Positions 9,823 to 19,623 of a DNA stretch of 64,000 nt are shown here, one piece after another. The stretch is taken from the NCBI GenBank assembly GCA_046583355.1, contig JAYGCM010000063.1, forward strand, positions 1 through 64,000, in the 5' to 3' direction. Within the stretch, counting starts at the first letter, position 1, and each line of letters opens with the position of its first letter. This DNA is from Deltaproteobacteria bacterium. Lineage in GTDB: Bacteria > Desulfobacterota > Binatia > UBA12015. A program made the translations under genes and the position numbers. The notes beneath the pieces are model-generated. The model ran no database searches. It saw only the letters and a program-made list of their open reading frames with translations, and had not been told where the DNA came from.

Positions 9823-12302
9823 AGATTCTGAATATCATCGCAGCCACTACCTTTGCCACGCTCATGCTCTTTGGTGCCGCCCATCCGGGCTTGGCCGCCG
9901 AAGACGATTCCGCCGCACCCGGCTACCTGGAAAGCATTGTAGCGCCAGGCGACGGGGGTGGCATCGACGAGGAGATCGATGCAGCCGCGGCTCAGGCCAA
10001 GGCGGCCCAGGCCGGCGGAGCCGTACTCGGCGTGTCGCCGCGACGCGCCGCACGGATCGAAGAGATCGTCGTCCAGGCGCGCCGGCGCGACGAGTTTCTC
10101 GAGGATACGCCGATCTCGGTCACGGCTCTTGATGCCAATACCTTCGTCGAGGCGCAGATCACCGATTTCGCCGAGATCCAGGCCCTGGTGCCGAACCTGC
10201 AAATCGACACGGGCCGCTCGGGAAATGATGCACAGATCAGCATCCGCGGCGTGCGCCCGACCGAAGGCGGCAATGCGAGCGTCGGCACCTACGTCGACGG
10301 CGTCTTTATCGCGGGGTCGCTTGCCTCGGTACTGAACGTGGGCGATATCCGGCAGATCGAAGTCCTGCGTGGCCCGCAGGGTACGCTCTTCGGCAAGAAC
10401 ACGCTTGCCGGCGCGATCAACATCACCACCGCCAGGCCAGCCGAAGAACTCGGGGCTTCGGTCTGGGTGCGTGCCGGCGACTACGCAACGGTTGAGACGC
10501 GGAGTTCGATCGACCTGCCGATCGCCATCGGCCCGCTGACCGATCGCGTCTTCACCCGTTTCTCCTTCTCCACGGCGCGTACGCAGGGATACACGGAAAA
10601 CCTCGAGAGCGGCCTGCATTCCAACAACGCCAACTCGCTCTGGTTCCTCGGCAAGGTGCGCGCTCTGCTCACAGACGATGTGGAACTCAACCTCTCCGGC
10701 AATTGGACGCGCACGAAGAGTCGCGGCGCGGCCGGCCAATGCGTGCTTGTGCCGGAGGCAGCCGGCTCCTTGGAGGGGCTGGTCCGGGCGAATAGTCCCG
10801 ACTTCTACGACCAATGTGCGGCGAGCGGCATGCGCGACTTCCGCAGCCCGCTCAACCTCCTGGGCAACTCGGAAGACTACGGTCTGTGGGGAAATCTGAC
10901 TTGGAATCTTGGCGCGATGGGCTGGCTTGAGGACCTGAACCTCAAACTCATCGGCTCGTGGCGCGAGGGCGAGGTCCGTCAACGCCAGGATGTCGATATG
11001 ACGGTGTCGCGAGTGGTCAACCTGACGAATGTCTCCTTCGACGGAGTCGAGGCCGCGCCGCTCAAGACCAGCCAATCCCTCGTCGAAGCACATGCCACGG
11101 GCGTCGCCGCCGACGGCTCGCTTCACTTCCTCCTCGGTGCCTTCGCGCAATGGAACGATTCGGATGTCGCAGAGATCGTCGCGTCGATGACGCCCCTTCT
11201 CGATCAATCGGGAGGTTTCACCGTCTCACCGGTAGCGCAGCGCAACCATGATTGGGCGTTTTTCGGACAGGCCTCCTGGGATGCCACGGAGTGGCTGAAC
11301 CTCACCACCGGGCTGCGCTATTCCTCCGAAACACGCAAGCTCACACGGACCAATATCTTCCCCTTTGGGGATGGCTCGACCGACCAGCCCGTCATCACGG
11401 CACAAGGAACGGGCGACGTGACCTACGCGCAATGGACGCCGATGGTGAGCGTCTCGACGACGCTGCCCGACGAACTCCTCGGCGAAACGCCGCTCGATCA
11501 TCTGATGGGCTACGCCACCTGGGCGCGCGGCTTTTCGGCCGGCGGCTTCAACGCCGTGATCGGCTCGGGAACAGGCACGGAAGCCCTGATCCCCTACGGA
11601 CCTTCCCTTCTCGACAACTACGAAATCGGCCTCAAGACGATGGCCTTCGATCAACGGATGACAGCGAATCTCTCGCTCTTTTTCATGGACTACGACGGCA
11701 TCCAGGTCGTTCAAGCCAAGACGATTCCGGTCCCCGGCTCCGACATTCCCCAAACCGCCCGGCTGATCGAGAACGCGGCATCGGCGACGATGCGTGGCAT
11801 GGAGCTCGAGTTCACCATCCGTCCGATCGATGGGCTGATGGTGATGTGGAACGCCGGTGTACTCGATTCGAGCTACGGCGATTATGCGACGACGAGCGAG
11901 CTCGACTCCGTGACCGAAATCAACCGCAAGGGCGAGAGTTTCGGCAATCCGGCCTTCACCAGCTACCTGGCCGTGCAATACAGCACGCCGATCAATCTCC
12001 CGGGACCGTCCTGGCTACGCGGCTGGCTCACCCCGCGCGTCGATTGGAGTTATGTCGGGCCGCGTCGTGTCGCGCCGCCCGAGATACCGATCGGCTTCCT
12101 GCCGCATCGCAACACCGTGAACGCGCGTCTCTCCTATGACTTCCTCGACGATCGCGCCCAGGTCGCTCTGTGGACCCGCAACCTGACCGATAGCGCCGAG
12201 TATGCGGGCGACGGCGGCACGGCAGGTTTCTTCGGCTATTCCGTACTTTATTGGACCCAACCACGGACCTTCGGCGCGGAGGTCAGCTATCGCTTCGACT
12301 GA
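9819..12302 (+). CDS. TonB-dependent outer-membrane receptor
   Basis: Signal peptide, TonB box IEEIVVQARR, plug motif IEVLRGPQGTLFGKN, terminal PRTFGAEVSYRF. Confidence 0.93.
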   Translation: MKILNIIAATTFATLMLFGAAHPGLAAEDDSAAPGYLESIVAPGDGGGIDEEIDAAAAQAKAAQAGGAVLGVSPRRAARIEEIVVQARRRDEFLEDTPISVTALDANTFVEAQITDFAEIQALVPNLQIDTGRSGNDAQISIRGVRPTEGGNASVGTYVDGVFIAGSLASVLNVGDIRQIEVLRGPQGTLFGKNTLAGAINITTARPAEELGASVWVRAGDYATVETRSSIDLPIAIGPLTDRVFTRFSFSTARTQGYTENLESGLHSNNANSLWFLGKVRALLTDDVELNLSGNWTRTKSRGAAGQCVLVPEAAGSLEGLVRANSPDFYDQCAASGMRDFRSPLNLLGNSEDYGLWGNLTWNLGAMGWLEDLNLKLIGSWREGEVRQRQDVDMTVSRVVNLTNVSFDGVEAAPLKTSQSLVEAHATGVAADGSLHFLLGAFAQWNDSDVAEIVASMTPLLDQSGGFTVSPVAQRNHDWAFFGQASWDATEWLNLTTGLRYSSETRKLTRTNIFPFGDGSTDQPVITAQGTGDVTYAQWTPMVSVSTTLPDELLGETPLDHLMGYATWARGFSAGGFNAVIGSGTGTEALIPYGPSLLDNYEIGLKTMAFDQRMTANLSLFFMDYDGIQVVQAKTIPVPGSDIPQTARLIENAASATMRGMELEFTIRPIDGLMVMWNAGVLDSSYGDYATTSELDSVTEINRKGESFGNPAFTSYLAVQYSTPINLPGPSWLRGWLTPRVDWSYVGPRRVAPPEIPIGFLPHRNTVNARLSYDFLDDRAQVALWTRNLTDSAEYAGDGGTAGFFGYSVLYWTQPRTFGAEVSYRFD

Positions 12303-13602
12303 GCAGCCGAGCACGCCGCCCGAGCCCGAGACGCATTCCGACGCCTATTCACGTTATGTCCTTGGGCTCCTGACGGTCGCCTACGTCTTCAACTACCTCG
12401 ACCGGCAGATCCTCGCGGTGCTCCTGGAGCCCATCAAGAAGGATCTCGGGGTCTCGGATACCGCGATGGGCTTCCTCACCGGGACAGCCTTCGCGCTCTT
12501 CTACGCGACCGCCGGGATTCCCGTGGCGCGTCTGGCGGATCGGTGGGTGCGGCGCAATGTCCTGGTGATCGGGCTCGTGGTCTGGAGCGGGATGACGGCC
12601 GCCTGCGGTGCCGTCGGCAATTTCTGGCAGCTCGCGCTTTGCCGTGTCGGCGTCGGCGTGGGCGAGGCCGGCGGCGTGCCGCCCTCGCATTCCCTGATCT
12701 CGGACTATTTTCGCCCGCATCGCCGCGCCACCGCCTTCGGCATCTTTGCGGTCGGGCCGTTGATAGGCAGCGCCATCGGCAACGGCCTCGGCGGTTGGCT
12801 CGCCGGCGAGGTCGGCTGGCGCAGCACATTCGTCATCATCGGTATGCCCGGGATCGTGCTCGCCTTGATCGTCTTTTTCACCCTGCGCGAACCGCAACGT
12901 GGTCGCTTCGACCCGCCCGAGGTGCGCGACACGACCGGGCCCCAACCCGATACGCGCGAGGTCTTCCGCTACCTCTGGTCACGCCGCACGTTTCGCCTGC
13001 TCGCGCCCGCGATCGGGCTGGCGACCTTTGCCGGGCTGGGCTTCGGGATGTGGGCACCCGCTTTCCTGATGCGCGTACACGGCATGTCAGTCACCGAAAC
13101 CGGCCTCTTTCTCGGTACCGTCTCGGCGCCGGCCGGCGCACTCGGTGCTCTCTTCGGCGGCTGGGCCGCCGATAGGCTCGGCCGACGCGATATGCGTTGG
13201 TACGCCTGGCTGCCGGCGATCACCCTCCTCGCCGCTCTACCTTTCCAGGCCGTGCAGCTACTCGCCGACACCCGATGGATCGCGCTCGCGGCCTTCGTCC
13301 CCGCAGCACTGATAGGCGGCGTATTTGCGCCGCCCACCTATGCGATCGTGCAGAACCTGGCCGCGCCGCGGATGCGGGCTCTGGCCTCGGCCACGCTGCT
13401 CCTCTTCATCAACCTGATCGGACTGGGCTGCGGCCCGCAGTTCGTCGGCATCCTGAACGACCTGATGGCACCTTCGTTCGGCGACACGGCGATCCGCTAC
13501 TCCCTCCTGATGATCAAGGTCGCAACGGCAGCCGCGGCACTCCTCTACTGGTTGGCGGCTCGATCGATCCAAGCCGACACCGAGGCTGGCCTCGGGCGCT
13601 AA
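12289..13602 (+). CDS. MFS transporter (spinster-like); start uncertain
   Basis: FNYLDRQIL, ARLADRWVRR, RVGVGVGEAG, about 12 hydrophobic segments. The only upstream in-frame ATG (12202) lies inside the receptor gene. Confidence 0.88.
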   Translation: MASTEQPSTPPEPETHSDAYSRYVLGLLTVAYVFNYLDRQILAVLLEPIKKDLGVSDTAMGFLTGTAFALFYATAGIPVARLADRWVRRNVLVIGLVVWSGMTAACGAVGNFWQLALCRVGVGVGEAGGVPPSHSLISDYFRPHRRATAFGIFAVGPLIGSAIGNGLGGWLAGEVGWRSTFVIIGMPGIVLALIVFFTLREPQRGRFDPPEVRDTTGPQPDTREVFRYLWSRRTFRLLAPAIGLATFAGLGFGMWAPAFLMRVHGMSVTETGLFLGTVSAPAGALGALFGGWAADRLGRRDMRWYAWLPAITLLAALPFQAVQLLADTRWIALAAFVPAALIGGVFAPPTYAIVQNLAAPRMRALASATLLLFINLIGLGCGPQFVGILNDLMAPSFGDTAIRYSLLMIKVATAAAALLYWLAARSIQADTEAGLGR

Positions 13603-14360
13603 GTCGTGCCGCCGTCCGCGACGATACACGACCCGGTCGTATAGGCCGCGGCGTCGCTCACGAGATAGAGGATCGGACCGAGAATTTCTTCAGTCGCCGC
13701 CACGCGCTTCTGGAAGCAACCAGCGGTGCAATTTTCCTCGAAACCGGGGACCTTCTCGGCGGTTCGGTCGAAGAGATCCGAGTGGTAGGAGCCCGGTGCC
13801 AGCGCATTGACACGGATGCCCAGCGGCGCCCATTCCTGCGCCATCACCTTGGTCAGAGCATGCAGACCCGCCTTGGTTGCCGAGTACGGGCCCAACAAGC
13901 CGGTCGGCCGCAGCGCCCCGACCGATATGATGTTGACCATGGAGCCCCCGCCGTTCTCAGCCATGCGCGGCGCCGCGCGCGAGGCGAGGTACCAGGGGCC
14001 GCGCAGATTTACCTGATAGACGCGATCCATTTCCTCGACCGAAATCTTGTCGAGCCCCTTGAACCCACAATTTGTACCGGCGTTGTTGATCAGGATGTCG
14101 AGACGCGAAAATTCTTTCCAGGTCGCGTCGAGCAACCTGTCCAGCGATGCCGTATCGGCCGCGTCCGCGGCAACCGCCAATGCCCGACCCCCTTTGCTGC
14201 GGATCGCCGCCGCGACCTCTTCACAACTCTCGAGATTGCGACTCGCCACCACCACGGCCGCGCCGGCCTCGGCGAGTCCCAAAGACATCGCACGGCCGAG
14301 CCCACGGCTGCCGCCCGTAACCAAAGCCACTTTGCCACTCAGGTCAACTTCATAATTCAT
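13599..14360 (-). CDS. Short-chain dehydrogenase/reductase
   Basis: TGGSRGLG, NNAG, YSATK, RVNALAPG. Confidence 0.93.
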   Translation of the reverse strand: MNYEVDLSGKVALVTGGSRGLGRAMSLGLAEAGAAVVVASRNLESCEEVAAAIRSKGGRALAVAADAADTASLDRLLDATWKEFSRLDILINNAGTNCGFKGLDKISVEEMDRVYQVNLRGPWYLASRAAPRMAENGGGSMVNIISVGALRPTGLLGPYSATKAGLHALTKVMAQEWAPLGIRVNALAPGSYHSDLFDRTAEKVPGFEENCTAGCFQKRVAATEEILGPILYLVSDAAAYTTGSCIVADGGTT

Positions 14361-14363
14361 GAG

Positions 14364-16499
14364 TCAATCGATTCCTGCCTGCGCACCGCGCAAAGATGCG
14401 AAGGGAAGGCCGATCGGCACTTCGCCCGACTCCGCAGCCGCGCGGCCGAGCTCGCGGGCCAGGGGCGCACCCCCGCCGAGGAAGGCGTCGAGCGTCATGA
14501 TACGACGCGCGTAACGGTGGTGCATATGTTCCTCGGTGAAGCCGATCGCGCCAAAGGCTTGCAGGGCACGCTGCGCGATCGTCCGCCCGGCCCGACCAGC
14601 GCGGAGCTTCGCCAGGGCAGCGGCCTCGGCGGCCGGGGCGTGCTCGGCACCCGGCACGATGAGCGCCTGGCAGAGATCCCGCACAGCGGCGAGTTCGACG
14701 TGTGCTTCGGCGAGCAGATGCTGCACCGCCTGAAATTCGGCGAGCGGCTTGCCGAATTGTTTTCGCGTTCGGGTATGTTCGATCACCGTCTCGAGGAGTA
14801 CGCTGCTCGCACCCAGAATCTCGAAGCAGATGGCCGTGCGGCCCAGCGCCAAAGCGCGCTCCTCGGCCGCGTCCATATCACCGCAATCCCCCAACGACGA
14901 CACGGCCGAGACGGCGAGTCGCCCGACCCGGAGTACCTCCGGGTCAAGTGCCGTCGAGTGCCAGGACACATTCTCGGTCGAGGCACGATGCCAACCGCTC
15001 GATAGTCGAACGATGACTTCACCGCCCGACAATGCCCCTCCCGGAGCCAGGAAGCTTACCTCGTCGGTGTCCTGCGCGACGACGACACCGTAGGTCGCCT
15101 CGAGCCCCGGCGTGCAACCGGCGGCCGCGAGAAGCGGCGCGGCGAGGACGGCACCCAGAGCTGGACCCACCGCAAGCTCTCGGCCGAGAACCTCGAAGAG
15201 CGCACCGAAGGCGATCCGGCCCTCGCCGGCCGGACAGCGCCCGGCCATCTCCCACCAGCCGAGGCCGTCGAGCGCTGCTTTGATGCTCGGACTCTCACGA
15301 ACGGCCTGGGTGATCGAATCGACGTAATCCGCCCGGCCCTCCTCGCCGCCTCGCGCCGCACCGGCGGCCGGATCCCGGCCGATCAAATGGCGCGCCACGG
15401 TCGTGAGTTGAATCTGGCGCGTACCGCCGTAAATCGAAGTCGCGCGCGAGAAAAGATACTCCTCCTGCCAACGCCACGGCTCGGGCACGAGACCGGTCTC
15501 GATGCCGCCGGCGAGGATATGCTCGGCCGCGTCGTAGAGCGCCTGCTCACTTTCGGTGATCAGAATCTTGTTCACCGCCGCTTCCGGGCCGGGGATCTCG
15601 CCCGCGGCCAACGAGCAGAGAGTCGACCAGGCACGCGTTCGTACGGCGAAGAGATCCGCCGCGACATTGCCCAGCCACTCATGATCCGAATCATGCTTGG
15701 CCACGGCGGCGAGTTCCGCCAGCCGTGGTCTGAGGAATGCGTGCCGTTGCCACGCATAGCTGCCGCGTTCGCAGGAGAGCAGGTACATGGCGACAGCCCA
15801 GCCGCCATCGACCTCGCCAACCACGCGCGACGCATCGACGGCCACGTCATCAAAGAAAACCTCGGCGAGCTCGGGCGTGCCGTTGGATTGCATGATCGTC
15901 CGTGCCGTCACGCCCGGCGCATCGATATCGACGACGAACATGGTGAGCGCGCGATGCCGGTCCTCCGGCGCGCCGGTGCGCGCGAGCACCAGGCAGCGAT
16001 CCGCCCACCTCGCCCAGCTCGTCCAGATCTTCTGCCCACGCAGCACGAAGCCCTCGCCTTCCCGGTCGGCACGGGTACGCAAGGAGGCCAGATCCGATCC
16101 GGCTTCGGGCTCGGAGAACCCCTGGCACCAGAGTTCTTCGCCCTTGACCATACGCGGCACGAGGTCGCGTGCCAGATGCGGTGCAAAGCGCGCGAGCGTG
16201 GGAATGATGATATCGAGATGCTCGAAGACCGAACGCGGCGGATAACCGGCGAGCGCCAATGCCTCGTAGACGGCAGCGCGATGCAACTCACCCCCGCCAA
16301 GTCCGCCGACCTCAGCAGGCCAGCCATATCGGACCCAGCCCGCGTCGTAGAGTTTACGCTGCAGGTGCTTCAACTGCTCGACTCGTTCGTCGAAATCTTC
16401 CAGCACGGCACGGCTGGGAGCGAGCGCATCGGCGTGTTCGGCAAGCCAGCGGCTCACCTCCTCCGCCAACGCCGCGGGCGAAGGAAGCTGGTCGCTCAT
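14364..16499 (-). CDS. Two-domain fused acyl-CoA dehydrogenase
   Basis: N-half WCQGFSEPEAGSDLASL...IYGGTRQIQ; C-half RKQFGKPLAEFQAVQH...FGAIGFTEE; 711 aa. Confidence 0.9.
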   Translation of the reverse strand: MSDQLPSPAALAEEVSRWLAEHADALAPSRAVLEDFDERVEQLKHLQRKLYDAGWVRYGWPAEVGGLGGGELHRAAVYEALALAGYPPRSVFEHLDIIIPTLARFAPHLARDLVPRMVKGEELWCQGFSEPEAGSDLASLRTRADREGEGFVLRGQKIWTSWARWADRCLVLARTGAPEDRHRALTMFVVDIDAPGVTARTIMQSNGTPELAEVFFDDVAVDASRVVGEVDGGWAVAMYLLSCERGSYAWQRHAFLRPRLAELAAVAKHDSDHEWLGNVAADLFAVRTRAWSTLCSLAAGEIPGPEAAVNKILITESEQALYDAAEHILAGGIETGLVPEPWRWQEEYLFSRATSIYGGTRQIQLTTVARHLIGRDPAAGAARGGEEGRADYVDSITQAVRESPSIKAALDGLGWWEMAGRCPAGEGRIAFGALFEVLGRELAVGPALGAVLAAPLLAAAGCTPGLEATYGVVVAQDTDEVSFLAPGGALSGGEVIVRLSSGWHRASTENVSWHSTALDPEVLRVGRLAVSAVSSLGDCGDMDAAEERALALGRTAICFEILGASSVLLETVIEHTRTRKQFGKPLAEFQAVQHLLAEAHVELAAVRDLCQALIVPGAEHAPAAEAAALAKLRAGRAGRTIAQRALQAFGAIGFTEEHMHHRYARRIMTLDAFLGGGAPLARELGRAAAESGEVPIGLPFASLRGAQAGID

Positions 16500-16882
16500 T
16501 TCGCCGCAGAACTCGGCTTGAGCATCTTGATCTTGCGCACGGCGAAGCGCCAGCCCTCGGGCTTGCGTACGAGCTGGTCGAAATAGAGGCCCGAGCTTCC
16601 GATTTGTTTCTCATGCGTCACGAAAACAAAATTCACCTTTACGTCCGCTCGGTCGCCATCGAGAGTGACGTGAGGCAGCCCGCATATATGCACCCCCTCC
16701 GGTGCCGCCTTGAGGAATCCGACGAGCTGGTCAAACCCCTTCCATACGCGACGGAAGGCATGCATTTCGCCGTCGTCGCCAAAGAGTCGTGCCCAATCCT
16801 CATAGCGACATTCGTCACAAGCGAGGCCGTACTCGGCGAGAAGGTTGTTGATCTCCAGAAGATCCTGTGACTTGTCTTGCAT
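16496..16882 (-). CDS. NTF2/SnoaL-like family protein
   Basis: INNLLAEYGLACD...WARLF...DGDRA...YFDQLVRKPEGWRF. Confidence 0.82.
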   Translation of the reverse strand: MQDKSQDLLEINNLLAEYGLACDECRYEDWARLFGDDGEMHAFRRVWKGFDQLVGFLKAAPEGVHICGLPHVTLDGDRADVKVNFVFVTHEKQIGSSGLYFDQLVRKPEGWRFAVRKIKMLKPSSAAK

Positions 16883-16896
16883 GAGTAACTTCTCCG

Positions 16897-17661
16897 CTAA
16901 GCGCTGAGCCGCTTCGGTAGCCGGGTCACCACCCAGACAATCGTGCAGAGCGGCATGATGATGAAGGCTGAGTTGATCACGAGGAACTTGAGGAGCAGGT
17001 CAAAAACGAAGCTGTCCCCGACGCTCGGGAATCCCGTCAAGGCGTCAACTGCGTAATATTGCACTGTCGAGTAGAGGTGCGACGATGCGGTCACGAGAAA
17101 TACGACGAGCGGAAGGGTGGCCGTGCGGTCGGAACGATACCAGAACCAGAGCGCCGTCAGGCCGATCACGCCGTTGAAGGAGGCCAGCGATTCGAGCGTC
17201 ATGATTGTCGGATCAAATTCGTGGTAGCGGCTATCCCCGCCCTCTGCGTAGGGAAGCCAGACGAAGGTCCAAGCCTGGTCCGCGTTCGCGACGATCGTGT
17301 CGAAAAAGAGAACGAAGGGGAGCTCCCAGGTGACCGCCGCGATATACGCGATCCAGAGCCAGATCGTGACCGAAACCTCGAGACGCTCCTGCCAAGGTCG
17401 GTCGCGGAGGCCCGAGCTGCGCAGCCAGGGCGCCGTCAGCATTCCGTAGAGGCCGGCCACGTAGGTGAGGGAGACGAAATTGCCACCAGCGCCGCGGTCG
17501 CCGCCGAGGCCGAAGACGTAGATCATCGAAAGCGGAAAGCCGCTCCAGAGGACGAGAGCCCAGCCGAAGACCTTCTTCTTGAGAGATGGCGACCACGGCC
17601 TCCTCGGGTCGGCGGACGCGGCGGACGCGGCGGTCTCGGACGGATTGCCAATTGCTGCCAT
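16897..17661 (-). CDS. Emopamil-binding protein (EBP/EXPERA)-like membrane protein
   Basis: Multi-TM; WLPYAEGGDSRY, TLESLA, HLYSTVQYY and FLVINSAFIIMP resemble the EBP motifs WKEYAKGDSRY, E, QxYGxxxY and FxxxNxxWxxxP. Confidence 0.72.
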   Translation of the reverse strand: MAAIGNPSETAASAASADPRRPWSPSLKKKVFGWALVLWSGFPLSMIYVFGLGGDRGAGGNFVSLTYVAGLYGMLTAPWLRSSGLRDRPWQERLEVSVTIWLWIAYIAAVTWELPFVLFFDTIVANADQAWTFVWLPYAEGGDSRYHEFDPTIMTLESLASFNGVIGLTALWFWYRSDRTATLPLVVFLVTASSHLYSTVQYYAVDALTGFPSVGDSFVFDLLLKFLVINSAFIIMPLCTIVWVVTRLPKRLSA

Positions 17662-17691
17662 ACTCGCGTTCCATCACGAGAGAACAATAAA

Positions 17692-17718
17692 GTCAAGTTA
17701 CTTCATCATTTTGGTCAG
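17692..17718. promoter_or_regulatory. Candidate operator in divergent promoter, similar to the 1845-1936 elements
   Basis: GTCAAGTTACTTCATCATTTTGGTCAG resembles GTCAACTTACTTGATTAATTTT at 1845. Confidence 0.4.
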
Positions 17719-17759
17719 TTTGCTTGCCCATGGCCGGCTACTCGGATAGTGGAGATTCG

Positions 17760-18662
17760 ATGGGATTCCCCAAAGATATCGGCGTGATCGACCTTCTGCT
17801 GGGCATCCCATCCGGGCCTGAAGCCTACTCGGGTGCAGGGGCCCGCCGCGCCAAAGAACGCTGGCGCCCGCTCCTGCGCGACGCCGACAGCATTCAGGGT
17901 CTCGAGATGCCGGCCGGGTATATGTTCAAGGACCTGCCGCGGGCCGGCGAGCAGAAGGATTACGTCGCCTGGACAGTCCAGGAGATGGATCGTTTCGGCA
18001 TCGAGCGGGCGATGATCCGGATCGACGATGACGACGATCTCGCCAAGGAGGCGCATCGGCGTTTCCCGGATCGCTTCTTCCATTGGTACGAAGCCGACGC
18101 GCATCGGGGCATGGACGAGGTCCGCAAAATCGTACGGCTGCACGAGGAGTTCGGGATCGTGGCGGTCGGTGGCCTGCCCGCGGCGCATAACCCGCAACTG
18201 CCGATCAACGATGCGCGCTGGTACCCGATCTACGCCAAATGCGTTGAGCTCGATATCGCGTTTTGCTGCAACGTCGGCGTACCCGGCCCGCGCGTTCCCT
18301 TCGCCTGCCAGAAGGTCGAACTCATCGACGAGGTCTGCTGGTTCTTCCCGGAGCTGCGCTTCGTGATGCGCCACGGCGGCGACCCTTGGACCGAATTGGC
18401 CACAAAGCTGATGCTCAAATGGCCGAACCTTTATTATATGACGAGCGCCTTCGCGCCGAAGCATTACCCGCAGGAAATCATCGATTTCGCGAACACACGC
18501 GGCAGCGACAAAATCCTCTACGCCGGCTACTTCCCCTTCGGCCTCACCCTCGACAGAATCTTCGACGAGCTGGAACGCGTCCCCTTCCGGGACCACGTCT
18601 GGCCGAAGTTCCTGCGCGAAAACGCACTCCGCGTCTTCCACCTGCCCGACACCAAGGCGTAG
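17760..18662 (+). CDS. Amidohydrolase_2 family protein
   Basis: YPIYAKCVELD, NVGVPGPR, FPELRFVMRHG, SAFAPKHYP, KFLRENA; GGAG RBS before ATG 17760. Confidence 0.88.
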   Translation: MGFPKDIGVIDLLLGIPSGPEAYSGAGARRAKERWRPLLRDADSIQGLEMPAGYMFKDLPRAGEQKDYVAWTVQEMDRFGIERAMIRIDDDDDLAKEAHRRFPDRFFHWYEADAHRGMDEVRKIVRLHEEFGIVAVGGLPAAHNPQLPINDARWYPIYAKCVELDIAFCCNVGVPGPRVPFACQKVELIDEVCWFFPELRFVMRHGGDPWTELATKLMLKWPNLYYMTSAFAPKHYPQEIIDFANTRGSDKILYAGYFPFGLTLDRIFDELERVPFRDHVWPKFLRENALRVFHLPDTKA

Positions 18663-18683
18663 AGGCGCTACAGGCTCGCGCGT

Positions 18684-19490
18684 TCAGCGGCGCTGATTTG
18701 CCCGTGCGCGCATCCGGGCGACGATTTCACGGTGCTCGGGCGATGCACTCGACACCGCTTCGGCCGCAAGCGCAAATTCCAACACGCCATTGGCAGCGCG
18801 TTGCAGATGCATATTCACGGCCTTTTTCGTGTCAATCATAGCCTGACGCGGCTTGCTGGCGAAAATCTCCGCGAGCTCGACCGCCCGTGCCGCCGCGCCA
18901 CCGTCGGCCACGACCTCATTGGCCAACCCCAACTCCTTGGCCGTAGCGGCAGGAATGCGCTCCCCCGTCAGCAGGTAATATTTCGCCCGCTGCAGGCTCA
19001 TCAGCAGAGGCCATACCACTGCACCCCCGTCACCGGCGACAAGTCCGACTGAGACATGCGGATCGGCGAGATAGGCGCTTTCTTCCATCACAACGATATC
19101 CGAGAGCGATGCCAGACTGCAGCCGAGACCAACGGCCGCGCCTTGCACGGCAGCCACGATGGGCAGTGGGAAGGCGATCATCTCCCGCACCATGCGGCCA
19201 CCCTCTTCGAGTGTGGCCGTCCGCACCGCCGCATCCTCGGCCATCTCCTCGATCAAGCCGAGGTCACCACCCGCACAGAAGGCCTTGCCGGCGCCCGAGA
19301 GAACGACGGCATGCAACGAAGAATCGGTTGCGAGTTCCGCCCAGACTTCCGCCAGGCGGCGGTGCAAGGCAGCGTTCGCGGCATTCAGCGCCGCCGGCCG
19401 ATTCAATCGTACATGAGCAATCCGACCGGTCTTCTCGACCTCAAGAACATCGGCCGACCGGCTCCCCGGGGATTCTCCTGCTTCCGTCAT
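18684..19490 (-). CDS. Enoyl-CoA hydratase/isomerase
   Basis: LNRPAALNA, AFCAGGD, AVQGAAVGLG, DPHVSVGLVAGDGG. Confidence 0.92.
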   Translation of the reverse strand: MTEAGESPGSRSADVLEVEKTGRIAHVRLNRPAALNAANAALHRRLAEVWAELATDSSLHAVVLSGAGKAFCAGGDLGLIEEMAEDAAVRTATLEEGGRMVREMIAFPLPIVAAVQGAAVGLGCSLASLSDIVVMEESAYLADPHVSVGLVAGDGGAVVWPLLMSLQRAKYYLLTGERIPAATAKELGLANEVVADGGAAARAVELAEIFASKPRQAMIDTKKAVNMHLQRAANGVLEFALAAEAVSSASPEHREIVARMRARANQRR

Positions 19491-19623
19491 TTAGTCAAGC
19501 TTGTTGCCTAAGTGGATAACGGAAGTCAAGCGTGAGAGGTGGGGGAAGGAAGCGCCGCCCCGGCCTTCCCGCCGGCCGTCTCAGGGCCGCGCAGGAAAGA
19601 CGGGACGGAACCCGATCCGAGCC

